Shown in pieces: positions 25,501 to 37,806 of a DNA stretch of 64,000 nt. Both the position numbers and the translations under genes were made by a program. Source of the DNA: Azolla caroliniana (taxonomy: Eukaryota > Plantae > Polypodiophyta); the NCBI GenBank assembly GCA_043228905.1, contig JBHGNT010000010.1, positions 4,898,001-4,962,000 of the forward strand, written 5' to 3'. The notes beneath the pieces were generated by a model. The model was not told the origin of the DNA. It was given only the letters and a program-made list of their open reading frames with translations, and ran no database searches. The stretch's first letter is position 1; every line of letters begins with the position of its first letter.

Positions 25501-26989
25501 AAATCTTGGATACACGGCCCACATCACAAGTATCTTGACATCATTAAACCGTGCACTCCCCCGTTTAGTAATTGATGGGTTTATGCTCCATCTTATTTTA
25601 CTCCATTAAAGGTTATATATATGTTTGTAACACACATCTATGCTATAGATAATCTTATACATACACTATGATGGTCAGGAAGTAAGACGCCGAAATTGTT
25701 TTGCTCACAATGTTTCTTTAACTTGGCCTGATATTTCTCCTCTTTTTCTTCAGAAAGTTCACCCTTTGAAGAAGCTTCACATAATTTACGCTTTCTTTCT
25801 TGTGAGGAAAATCGTGGCACACATTGTGACTTTCATATTCTATTGTGTTGTTATACCGACGACTGTGTTGGTCCCAGAGGTTCACTTGCCAAGGTGGGGT
25901 GCTATCTACATGCCCTCTGTCATCACTATCTTAAATGCGGCAAGCACTCTAAGGTACATCCATAGTTTGAACTTTGTACTAACTTTCCATCCTTCACCAC
26001 TTAAAACACAAGGGTTATCCTTGGAATAAAATGTGATGAAACATGCACATGTTACCATATGAACATAACATGATAATTAATTAACAATGAGAACGTTATC
26101 CACATTAGAGGAATGTTAAAAAATACAAGGTTTTTTTATCTAGGTCCTTGCACTTGATTGTGTTTTGGATATTGTTCGAGAATGTGATGTCTCTACATAG
26201 AACAAAGGCAACCTTTGTTGGGCTCTTTGACCTCGGTCGTGTCAATGAATGGGTTGTGACAGAGAAGCTTGGAAGTGCCCTCAAGAGTAAATTTGGCAAG
26301 CTAGGCAAAAGAGGAAGTATGAAGTTTGGAGAGAGGTAATGCATCCATTCTTATTCAAAAGAGATTATTATACATTTGCAGAGTAATGCATCCATCCTTT
26401 TCGAAATGAGGTGATTGTCATGTGCAAAGTTGTTTCAAGCATGCATCAATGAAGTCAATTATGTCAAACATAGGCTCATTAGCAAATGTGGAGACTGCCC
26501 ATTTTGTTATAATATGTATATCTATAGTTAGAAGAGGCTTGCTCTTATATTTGCTAGATAATCCTATGTCTATATTCTAACCATAGTTGTCTTGTCTGGA
26601 TAACTATGGTTCATGCATATAACTAGGAGCTTCCCCTATAACTAGGTCTAACATCCAACTTATAATGATCTAGATTATGGTTATTTTCTAGTTTTCCTCA
26701 AGCTAATTGAATCTATCGTTGGCGTAATTGACTTCATTAGTGTAGCATGACTTCACACATGGGTGTATTGCATGCACCTTTGGATTCTTGATAGGACTCA
26801 CTTCATTCCTTTCTTAACTTGTGCTACAGCTTACACATATTAGAGTTGTTAGCGGGGCTCTACATTTTCTTTTGTGCTGTCTACGACTTCCATTTTGGCC
26901 ACAATCACTTCTACATCTACCTCTTCTTGCAAGCTGCTGCATTTTTTATAATGGGATTCGGGTACATTGGTACTTTTGTACCTAGCTAA
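22597..26989 (+). CDS. CSLA: Cellulose synthase-like A (glucomannan 4-beta-mannosyltransferase, GT2), about 529 aa, 9 exons: 22597-22920, 23068-23166, 23443-23695, 24832-24942, 25055-25191, 25302-25415, 25754-25953, 26144-26335, 26830-26989
   Basis: Motifs [57 protein letters not shown] and EWVVTEKLG. All introns are GT-AG and phase-consistent (1590 nt CDS). An alternative start ATG lies at 22621. Confidence 0.95.
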
Positions 26990-28085
26990 GCTACAGAGTG
27001 GTGTATGGAGACAAACTATGTATTAAGTGATTTTTTTCCCTCTTCATCAACAACATTTGTCACGTGATTATCTATCTACGCTTGATGCTTCTAGTGAAGG
27101 TATGAATGACATAATTTGATTGATGGAAGAGAAAGGTGGTGGTCGACAATATTCGGGAATCAGTATGTGGACACAAGTGGAAGGGGGGGGGGGGGGGGAG
27201 GGGGATTGACTTTCCCATAAGGGGAATTGTAAGTATTATAGGGAGCATTCTTTTTATGATAATTTCTCTTTTGCCTTTGGTTAAGGTTTTCCAAATCATC
27301 CCTTTTTAAAAAGCTATATAATAAAACACGTCGAAGTGAAGACTAAAGGTTGTAATGACATACATCTTGGTTCTTTTCATGTATTGAAGGTTGTTGATCA
27401 ACTATTTAAGATGTTTTGTGAAGATATGGAATAGAATTTTAAAATATTTTTTCACATGTCAATTGCAAATCTCAAGGTTTAAATATATATGTCATAAATT
27501 GCAAAGCGCCCATGAAGAACACTGTGCTCTTAATTGAAGGAATTCATTAACCAATCTCTTTGTCCAACATAATTTTTCAATTGAGTGTCGTTATCTAATC
27601 TATTCAATTGCAATCTCTTAAGAAACTCATTTATACAAGACATATTCACCACAACTTAATTTGCAATCTCTTTTGGGACCCATCTACAAGAGAATTTCAT
27701 TTTACTCAATTTCAATATCTTAATAAGCTCATCTAAGCAAGACTTTTAACGTGTATTTGCCTTATCTAACTTGACCATCGAGAATTTGTTGCATTAATGT
27801 CTTTCGCATACCATATGAGACCCTACAAATAATTAAATTCTCGCTAATCTAATAAAAAAAGTAGTTCTACATCATTGTTTTTATCACAAATTATTGCATG
27901 CCATGTAGATTATAACCAGTATTTCAAGCATAAACTATTAGTTGTATGACGGTGTCACATAAACAATTAGTTTTCAACAACTGTTTAGTATTAGATCGGT
28001 GCTCTATATTTGCTGCCCAATAGAGAAAATTGAAAATGAGCTCATATTGAAGTGTCATGTTTTATGCCTAGCAAGAAAATCCAAC

Positions 28086-28089
<4 letters not shown>

Positions 28090-28126
<37 letters not shown>

Positions 28127-29115
28127 CCAAAAACACTCCTTCCATTAGTTATAAAATTTTACATATGAGATTAATATATACAAATCCCTGTAGGGACGCG
28201 ATAGGTCCATCTTATGTGGATGCCCACTGACTCAATAAAGGGGGAGGTCGACCATTGCTGGATGAAGGCTAGTCGTTGTCTTTCAACTCCATCGGAGTCG
28301 CCCTTGAGGCCATCATATTGGCTTTTTAGCGTGACTACAACTTCACTCCATATCTCGTGCACTAACACTATTGGCTGCACGGTTTGGTTGGAGAAGACCC
28401 CTCTACACCGTTGTTTCCATGAGTCCAAAGAGTTATTGGGCTGACCAATTCCAACACAACTTGAGATTGACATTGATAGGAGTTGAGTGGACATTGTCAA
28501 TGGTGGAGAAAAAACCTCTTGTGCTTTTATCACGAAAAGCATCCCCTCCTCTTGATGCTCGTATCTGTCAAGTGGGGCCTGCCATGATAGCCAACATATA
28601 TTTCCCCACTTGATTAAGCCTTGCACCTTGCATAATTGCAATAAGCGGCCAACCCCCTGCCATATTCGATGGGACTCTGGGCAGTCCCACAAAGTGTGTT
28701 GGATTGATTCTATTGCATTTGGGCACGCTACACAATTAGGAGAGCTAAGGTTCCCACGCTACCATGCACCAACCGGTAGTGACCTATGTATTAATAGCCA
28801 TTGGAAAGTGGTGATTCGCCGTATGTGTTGTTGTTTCCAGATTTTTTTCCAAAACTGATCATGCAATGTCCATTGCAAAGGGTCCCAACTAACCTCACGT
28901 AGCCATGTGTTTTCGTGAGTACATATGTGCCAATCTAGTTGTACTTTGATAGGATCAGGATCTACAATCCATTTATGCCTAGTATACACTAGTACTCGAA
29001 TTGCCTTATTATGTGTTGGTGTCTCATTGTCTTGCAATTCAGAGCTTGCGATCTTGTTTGGTGTTTCCCCTACCTCTGGGGATCAAAGAGCCCTCCTCCT
29101 CGTAGCCTATCCATT
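28090..29115 (-). mobile_element. 5'-truncated LINE 3' fragment, same family as 49894-51175, with a (TA)n tail
   Basis: zf-RVT-like FQWLLIHRSLPVGAW...HTLWDCPESHRIW; near-colinear with the 49.9-51.2 kb copy. Confidence 0.85.
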
Positions 29116-29889
29116 TCTCTATTATCATAAACCCATATATATTGTAATAATATAAACATGTTGGCTTAGTTCTTAGTATAAAAACCATTAGTTAACTTGT
29201 GTTATTGACAATTTTTGCGAACTTCTTTTATTGAGCAAGGTTGTGGGTCTACTTTAATGACACATTTATTATATCAAGGTTGCACATGTAAAACATTGCC
29301 TACTCTGTGTACTAATAGATTTTAGTAAATTGATTTCCATGAACTTAATGTTGATGTGTGCCTACCACATTTTACATGATAAAGTAATACACAATTATTT
29401 TGTTGAATGTTTTATAATATGTCGCACAACCTTATTTTAAAGTTGTAATTCAGGTTGAATTTAACAAACACAAATAGGTCGAATTGAAGAATGTAGACAC
29501 ATTCCTTGAGTTCTAGATAACAATGAGATTTTGACACTCGTAAGAAATGTTTTCAAGCTAAGCACCATGATCTATTCCCCCCCAAATAACCTCGACCAAT
29601 ACCATTCTTGTAAAATGAAGCAAAAGAGAGGTCACTAGGTCAAGAAGAAACAACCCGAGTGCAACAATATATCAGATCCTAATAATGTTGCAAAATGAGC
29701 ATGCAAATGAAATTTCGGCATTCGTAAGACGTTTTTTTCGACCCAAGAACCATGATCTGTTCTCCGATTTGGCTTGATCATGCCATATTCGTAGCTTGTA
29801 TAACGTTACTACACGGAAGGTTCTTGTTGGTTGTCCAACAAGTGTGAACATGGCTAGAAGGCCAAAATGTGTACATATAGCTAGGACAT

Positions 29890-32800
29890 AGAATAGGTCA
29901 AGTCAAGTCAAGTCAAGTCAAGTCAAGTCAACCCGGTTGGAGGATTCCAGGGTAACTCCCACAGATATTTGGAAGTATATATTTTACCTTGGATCAAGAA
30001 ATTTGATGACTAGTAGAGCTCAGGCGGTGCAATATTGTCTGTCTTTCCTTTCCAGCAAAAGAACAAAAAAGAAAAGAAAAGGATGGAGATGGGTAGTGAC
30101 AATGCAAATCAAATGGTCTCAGAGTAGGTGGATAAAATTGATTCACCTGCATGGAAGTTCAGAGTGATGAATTTCCTTTTGGGAAAGGATAATACTTTGA
30201 AGGAGAGGCTGCAGAGCTCAGAGAGCAACTCCAAAACCCCCTTACACAAATCAAATCATTCAAAGAATGGAATCAAGGAGCAAGGGCTATCTATGTATTA
30301 CATTGTTTGGATTCCACTCAATCAACATCAATGATTTGGATATTGGGACATATACAGGATGCTGAATCTCCCAAGGAAGCTTGGGATATATCACATGGTA
30401 TGTTTCTTTGCAGTCAATACAAAAGCAAGAAAGATTCAGTTGAAAACAGAATTAAATACACTAGAGAAGAGGAAACTGTTTTTTGTTAATGATTATGGTC
30501 TTGAAATTAAGGGCATATATACATATGAATATCTAGTTTTCATAAATATGAAAGTAGTAGATGATGATAAAGTGGAAGCATGTCTAAGAGGTTTAGGGCC
30601 TCAATGTAAAAGTTTCAAAAATATCTTTTTTAACAAGGGAAATCATTCCAAATTTTTCTGATTTGGTTTCCATGCTACATATGGAAGAAAGAAACTTATC
30701 AGAGGAAACTAATATTTAAGGGAAATGAGATGTAGATAACCATGGTTTATATAGTAATATAGAGGAAATAGAGTCTATGGGAGAAAAACCTCGAGTGGTC
30801 GAGGCATCCAACGAAGCAAAGGTGAAAGTATGCCAGAGGAATACTGGAGGAAGAAAAAATTCAAGAGGCCCCGGGGCTAGCTGAGTTAGATGCAGGAATA
30901 CTAACAATTTTTCTAATGATAATGGTTGCTGGGTATTGATTAAAACCAGATCATACACAGACTGAATGCTAAAAGATACGGAGCGACAAAAATTATACAA
31001 GAAGACAGCAGAACAACTATATATTTACAAGTGGGAAAGAAGAAAATTGGGGAGCATTTGTTATGCAACATGCATTGACAGCAACAACAGAAAATGTAAG
31101 TAGAGGTAAAGATAATATATGGAGTGTCAATTTAGGTGCCTCTCATCATATGAGAGGGTGCAATGAATGGTTTGAGAAAATCTAGAAACTAGACACACTA
31201 GGTTATGTGCAGACAGGAGATGATGCAACCCACCAGATTGAGCATATTGGTGAAGTACCATGATGGGAAGCAAACGATGAAGTTAAATATATGAAAAATG
31301 TATTGCATGTCCCTAACATTGCAAAAAATCTAGTTTCAGTTGGGCAAAAAAATAGAACAAGGAATAAAATGTGGTTTAACTAAGGTGAATACTTTATAGA
31401 AAACTGTGACAAACTCATTCCAAGAGGAAACAGGCAAGGTAAGATATTTATATTGGATGTAGACATGCCACACATGACTTTTGCTTTGTTTGATAGTGGA
31501 TGTAATGTAATTTCAGATATTGAAATGTGGCATGAAAAGATTGGGCATATTAGTATGCAAATGCTAAAAAATGCATTGAGAAGGAACGCTATATCTGGAT
31601 TGCCACACCAAAAGGTATGTATGGCGTGTAAAGTTTTTGAATCATGTTAATCTGGCAAGCAAAGCAGGTGGCCATTTCCATGCATGAGAGATATATAAGT
31701 AGAAATCTGCTAGACTTTGGCACATAGGCTCATACAGATGTATGGGGATCGATAATGAATGCCTCAATAAGTGGGTGTATATTTTATGTAACATTTATTG
31801 ATGATTGCTCCATGCATAGTAGAAAACTAGATCGGTAACCTCATAAAATGTTTAAGATCAGATGGTGGAGGAGAATATTTCTCCAAAGAGTTTTCTGATT
31901 TTTTTATGCAGACTGGGTATAAGATGACAATTTATATGCCGGCATATGCTTCACAAATTGTGAGAGAAAGAGTAGAACCATTGCAGAGATTGCAGGAGCC
32001 ATAAAGGCTAAAAATCATATGCGATTATGTTATCGAACAGAGACTGTATTTACAACTGTATTTCTAACCAGCTCAAATACAAGCCCGATAAAGGTAAGGA
32101 AAAAAATACCTTAATATGATGCCTATTAGAAAATTGGATAGAAAAATGCTCTACAAATAGTGATGATGAAGATTCATATACCTCACTAGATGAGGAGCTT
32201 GGGATCAGGTCATTGAAAACTCCTGAGGTAAGAAATATATGTAAGCAGCCATAGAGAAAATGAGGAGATCAACACGAGCGAAAAACTCTGTTCAGAGGTA
32301 TGGCTATGATGGGTACATGGCCCAACATTATACTTACATGGCTAATGTTATAAATGCAACAGACCCTACATTCTTGGAAGAAGCAAAGACAGATCCAAAA
32401 TGGATGAATGCAGTGACTGAAGAAACAGATGCCCTCAAAGAAATGATACATGGGAACAAGATTACCTTAAGACAAAAATGTCATTGGTTGTAAATGGATT
32501 CATAAAACAAACATAGTTCTGATAGTACCATAAGCAGATACAAAGCAAGACTAGTTGTGACAGGGTATGCACAAATCCAAGGCATTGACTATGATGAAAC
32601 ATTTGCAGCAGTTGCAAAAATGGCAATTCTTAGAGATTTACCATCATGGTAAGGAAGTATTGAGAGATTTACCAATTACATATGCTAATAAAGAAAAGGC
32701 ATTATATCCACGAGCTTGACACTCAAAAATTGCAGATTACCTAGCAGAAATTGGATGTCTGATGTCAAAAGCAGATCCTCCACTATATGTGAAGCGATAA

Positions 32801-32930
32801 AATGGTAGTACTGCTCTCATTGTAATATAGGGGGATGACTTGATTGTTGGTGGAAATTGCAATACAGAGATTAACCAAGCAAAGAAGAGTTTGAAAAGCA
32901 AGTTCTACATGAAAGATCTTTGAAGTTAAA
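29890..32930 (+). mobile_element. Highly degenerate Ty1/copia internal region (gag-PR-INT-RT)
   Basis: gag AWKFRVMNFLLGK and NTKARKIQLKTELNTL; protease-like LGASHHM; GAG-pre-integrase WHEKIGH; INT HTDVWG and LRSDGGGEY; RT RYKARLV...QGIDYDETFA and GDDLIV. There are many stops and deletions, and LTRs could not be delimited. Confidence 0.85.
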
Positions 32931-33169
32931 ATATATCGTCCGAATAGAAATAGTGAGATCAAATAATAGAATTTGGACTCGGGAACTTCACCAATGGCAA
33001 CCTTAAAGACAATGATGGAACATGTCATGGAGTGAGCACCTTTTCAATGCAGGACCATGCTATGTTTGCCCACATTAGAGGACTCTGCATTGCCCCATCT
33101 GCTTAGGGGGTGGGTCATTCAATGATGGACTGTCCTTAGATGTCCATATGCGCAATCTTATGCTCACCT

Positions 33170-33485
33170 TTTGTGTGTGTTTCACTTTCCATTATCACAA
33201 TCACTTACCTCCATATATCTTTTGTAATGTTGTGTGCCATATTGTTCTTTTTGTGTATGCTTCTTTGCTTTCGATTATCACAATAACTTGCCTCAAGATC
33301 TTAAAGAAAGTTCGACTCTAGGTTCAAGAAACAATCAATATCCTTTGTAATGTTGTGCGGCGTATTATTTCTTTCTATATGTGCTTCTTCACTTTCTGTT
33401 ATAACAGTCACTTTCCTCGAGGGTTTTATAATACCTCACCTCTAGCTTCAAGAAATGATCAATATCCTTTGTAATGTTGTGTGAG
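33170..33485. repeat. Degenerate tandem repeat (period about 123 bp, 2.5 copies)
   Basis: ATATC(C/T)TTTGTAATGTTGTG recurs at ~33215, 33338 and 33461 with similar flanks. Confidence 0.65.
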
Positions 33486-35196
33486 CATTCAAGTAAATGT
33501 TACATTTGTGTTACCATAGTGAGGTATGGAAAAAATACATGATAATGTCTATAATATTATGTGGATGTATGAAAATGCCTTACATGTGAGTTTGGACAGT
33601 TAACAACAGCTCTAGAATGTCAATGGACAACCAAGTTAGAAAATTATTATTCCAATAAGATTGACATGTTTGAGCTATACATGCCCCATGAAATTGTAAG
33701 TTTAAAGGAGATTGAGAGCCAAAAATTCAAAAACTCAAAAATGAAGAAGAGAACATAAAATCAAGAAACCCTCTATACGTAGAGAGCTTATATTGGAGTG
33801 CTATGTATTTCCACAATCAAGAACCTCAACAAGCTTTTTTCCTAGCAATGAAGAGGCCAAAATCAAGTCAAAATGCGATAAATGGTCAAGATCACTTATT
33901 AAGCTGCAATGGCATGGCATGTCATTACATTAGGCCAAATTTATCAACCCATATGAAAGAAAAGGATAGAGTTGGTTGGTACTCCCAATTAGTACATATG
34001 CCGTATGTCTTTTGGATGGACAAGGTTCTGGGGCACTCTTCGGGGCGAGAGCGAGGTTGTCACAAGAAGTTTTCAGTAATACCGCGGCAATCCCTCTAAC
34101 CAGTGATCTATACATATATATGATTGTGCATGAGTCTGGGACATCCCACTTCAAGCTTAATGTGTGTTTCATGAGCTACTCCGAATACTTTCGGCGCACA
34201 TTGGTGTCTCTCTACACTTTTCTCTTTGTTCTTTGTGGGGTTCCTCCATTTCACTTTACCAATGTATGTTATACACAATAGAACTGAGAGGACAGGGTTA
34301 TCCACAAAATGTGAAGAGATGGAGCAGAGGACCACCATCCAGGCTTCCTTTCCTTCTTTATTCCTTCCATCTAATGGCTATGGGTGTCAATCATATGAGC
34401 ATCTGCCATCACACCATCTCCAGGTGCATTTAAGACAGCAGAAACAGACACATGAAAGGTTCACTGAGGTGTGAGAGACACCATGACTGACATCCATGGT
34501 AGAAACATGCTTCTTACACACAGGCAAATGAATAACCAAACACCAAAAGCTTGGGCAAATTGTGACACCAAAATTTGTAGTGACATTAGGAGCCTAGAGA
34601 AGAATATACCTTTCGGAAAGTGTTGATATCTTAGGCAGCGAAACATCGGAAAACCTACTGTCCACTTACTGTTCTAATGGCCGCCCAAATTTAGAAGACA
34701 TTGGTCGGTGTGTGGATAGAAGCCGACCGATCTAATGGTCACCGCCACACTTATTTGTGCTTTTCCATGGCCATCTTGTGTGCAAGTCTTTCAACCAGTT
34801 GTACTAGTTTTTCTAGCCAGCGCGAAACTTGACTAGGCAAAATTATTTGCATAGATCTCAATAATACATGCGTACTTGGTCTTTACCCATGTGCTATGTA
34901 AAAAGGGTCTGAAGAGCAAGTGGACCAAAGTAAAAGGGATTTTTAAATTTATAGAGACAAAGAGATAGATAGATAGATAGATAGATTCTTCTATTATGGT
35001 CTTAGGAGGTCAAATATGACGTATGAGACCAAAAATATTACATTTCATGTGATACATGTGAGATTAGGAGGTCTTGGGTTCAAAACCCCGACATTTCCAA
35101 GTGGCATCTAGTTATGGTCTTTGGAGTTCAAATATGAGTGACAACCAAAAATATTACATTTCATGTGATACATCACATGTGAGATGAGAGAGAGAG

Positions 35197-37806
35197 ATGG
35201 AACATAGGATTGCCTTCAAACCTCTCCTTCTCCTTCATCTTCTTCATACTCTACTGTTTCTCACTGTCAATTATGTGAACATAATCACACCATCTCTAGG
35301 TGCAGCAATCTCAAAAGTGCATTCATGTCCCATCAATTCTTCCCTCACACCATGCCAAGCTATGGTCACTTACTTCCCTTACACCAACATGAAGCTCTCA
35401 GACATAGCCTTCTACTTCTCCATCCCAGATTACACTTCCCTCCTGGGGCCCAACCAATTGGACCTCTCCATCCCTGATCTCCCCAATGTGGTGCTCCCTG
35501 CAGCTTACCCAATCAAGATCCCCATCCACTCTTGTGCTTGCTCCCCTCTCCTCCCCAACTCCACCACTCGGGTCGCCACCTCCATCAATTACACCGTAGT
35601 CGACTACGACACACTCTCCGGCATCTCCAATGCCATCTACTCGGGCCTCGTCACCTACCAAGCCATCGGAGATGTGAGCGGAATCACAAACTACAACCTC
35701 ATCTTCCCCAACCAATCCTTGTCCATCCCCATCCCTTGCTCCTGCTCCGGCAATGGGAGCTCCGGCCGCCCCGACGACGGAGCCAAGATCATCTTGTCTT
35801 ACCAGATCCAAAAAGGCGATAAATTGTCTGCCATCGCCACGGCCTATAACTCGTCCGTCCCCGATCTCCAATCCTTCAATGGCAACATCACTAACCATGA
35901 CCTCAATGTGGCCGACATTCTTTTCGTCCCGCTTTCAGGTACACACACACACACACTTACGCACACGTTCACGTGCAATGCACTTCACGACCCCTGATGT
36001 CGTGGGCACCGGCCATCGGGACATTTATAAGATGTTGGGATGTGGGCCTCATACGTCGGGATGTATATAAGATGTTGGGGCCACATACATGTGGTCGGAC
36101 TGTAATGGAGGTCCATTAGGCCCATGTAGGTATACTAAGTGGATATAAGCAATTTAGTTGGTCCACCATTGTTCAAACATAGCTTACATTGGTTTGGAAT
36201 GGCTAATGGCCCTATATTATCCCCGTATAGGCCCTATCTAATGTAGATAGAGCTCATTGGCTCATTATTACATTGTCCCTGTATAGGCTAGGTCTAGTGT
36301 AGATAGAGCCCATTGGCCCATTATTATGTTCATTTATAAGTCCATGACTGTGGGCACTATTCATTTAAGCCCTCAGAAGTAAATGTAAGATTGACTCGGC
36401 ACACATATTGACAAACGCTGCCTTTGGTTTCACATTGTGGTTTCAGTTTGCAAAGCCAATTTCTCATCAGATGCAGAGGACAAGAATCTCCAAGTGCTTG
36501 AAGGAGCATATGAATTGACTGCAAATGGTTGTGTTCAATGTAATTGTCAGAATGGCACGTAAGTGTACACGCCCCATTAGTAAAACCTACATGTTAACTT
36601 TAAACACATTAGATCATATGTTAATATAACAACCAAAAACACATGAGATCCAACATGTCGTGCTCAAACTAATGTTAATCCGAGTTTATGCCTACTCATA
36701 TATCTAGTCTCAACATTTTTCTATTAAGGTCATTTATCAAAACTTCGATGGACTAGTGCTTGGGCACAACATAATTTCAACAACTTTCATGTTTCCTAGT
36801 CAAGTAATGTTGTTTTATGTGTTAGACAATAACCAAGGTGGATACTTGATCTAATGCTATAATACGAGTTTTTTGCTCATTGAAGGTTACGTTGCTTCCC
36901 ATCGAATTTCTCTTTGTCGAGTGATTGTGGCAATCAAACATGCTTCAATTCGACTTTAATGCTAGGTGACTTTGTCACTTCTCCCGATGCAGATGGATGC
37001 TTGGTTACATCTTGCATCTACATGGGATATAATTCATTTGACATTCTTTCTAGGTATTTCTAAGTTTGATTAAGAGTATATGTTTGATTGCTTATGTTTT
37101 GCATGAATCTCTCACGTAAATGTTCGATATGTGATATTATAGATTGGAGTCCCAAGTGGAGGATCAATGCCCTTGTAAGTTTTGAATTCTTATACCACTA
37201 AGTTGTACACCATATTATTTCATTGCGGTCTCTTGTGGGTAATTTCTTCATAATGTCTCTCAATTTTCGTAACAATTCTCAAGACAATGTAGATCTAATT
37301 CATGGCATAGACTATAGCTAGCTTTGCAAATCAATAACATAATTACTTTATGCCTTCACATTTCTTTTCTAGGATGTTCTTACGTCTCACAAGTTCTTGT
37401 GGACAACTTCCACATGAAGGAAGGCTCGTAGGTATTTTGTAAATAATTAAAAGGTTAGGGCATATAGTCATTGTCTTGATAACATGATCCGTTAGCGTAG
37501 TCTTCGAAACATATGGTCGTGAGTATGATGCGATGGATGGGTTTTGTTTTCTTGGAAAATTATTGCATTACAATCATATAAATTTTTTTGGTTTTTTGTT
37601 TTATAGCACCCCCACCACCAGAGACCATGTACAATCCTCCAAATGGTTTGCTCCTATCGCCCCCACCTCCATCATCACCTTCTCCCCCATTACAAAGAAA
37701 CCCTTACAACTTTCCAAATTCAGCCACTCTTGTAGTTGCGTCTAAGTTCTCTTCGTACGATTTCATTGTCGTCGAACTTTGCTTTTGGCTTCTTTCTCTA
37801 TTGTAA
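35197..37806 (+). CDS. LysM-domain GPI-anchored protein (LYM1/LYM3/LYP/CEBiP-like), about 417 aa, 5 exons: 35197-35938, 36447-36558, 36886-37053, 37143-37174, 37607-37806
   Basis: Signal peptide; LysM motifs YTVVDYDTLSGISNAIY and YQIQKGDKLSAIATAY separated by CxC spacers (CAC, CSC); Cys-rich YELTANGCVQCNC...C...C; Pro-rich linker and hydrophobic C-terminus. GT-AG introns are phase-consistent (1254 nt). Confidence 0.9.

Noticed and set aside
33800-34650. Cluster of 60-100 aa ORFs that look like exon fragments
   Set aside because: No consistent spliced frame or recognisable domain could be built.
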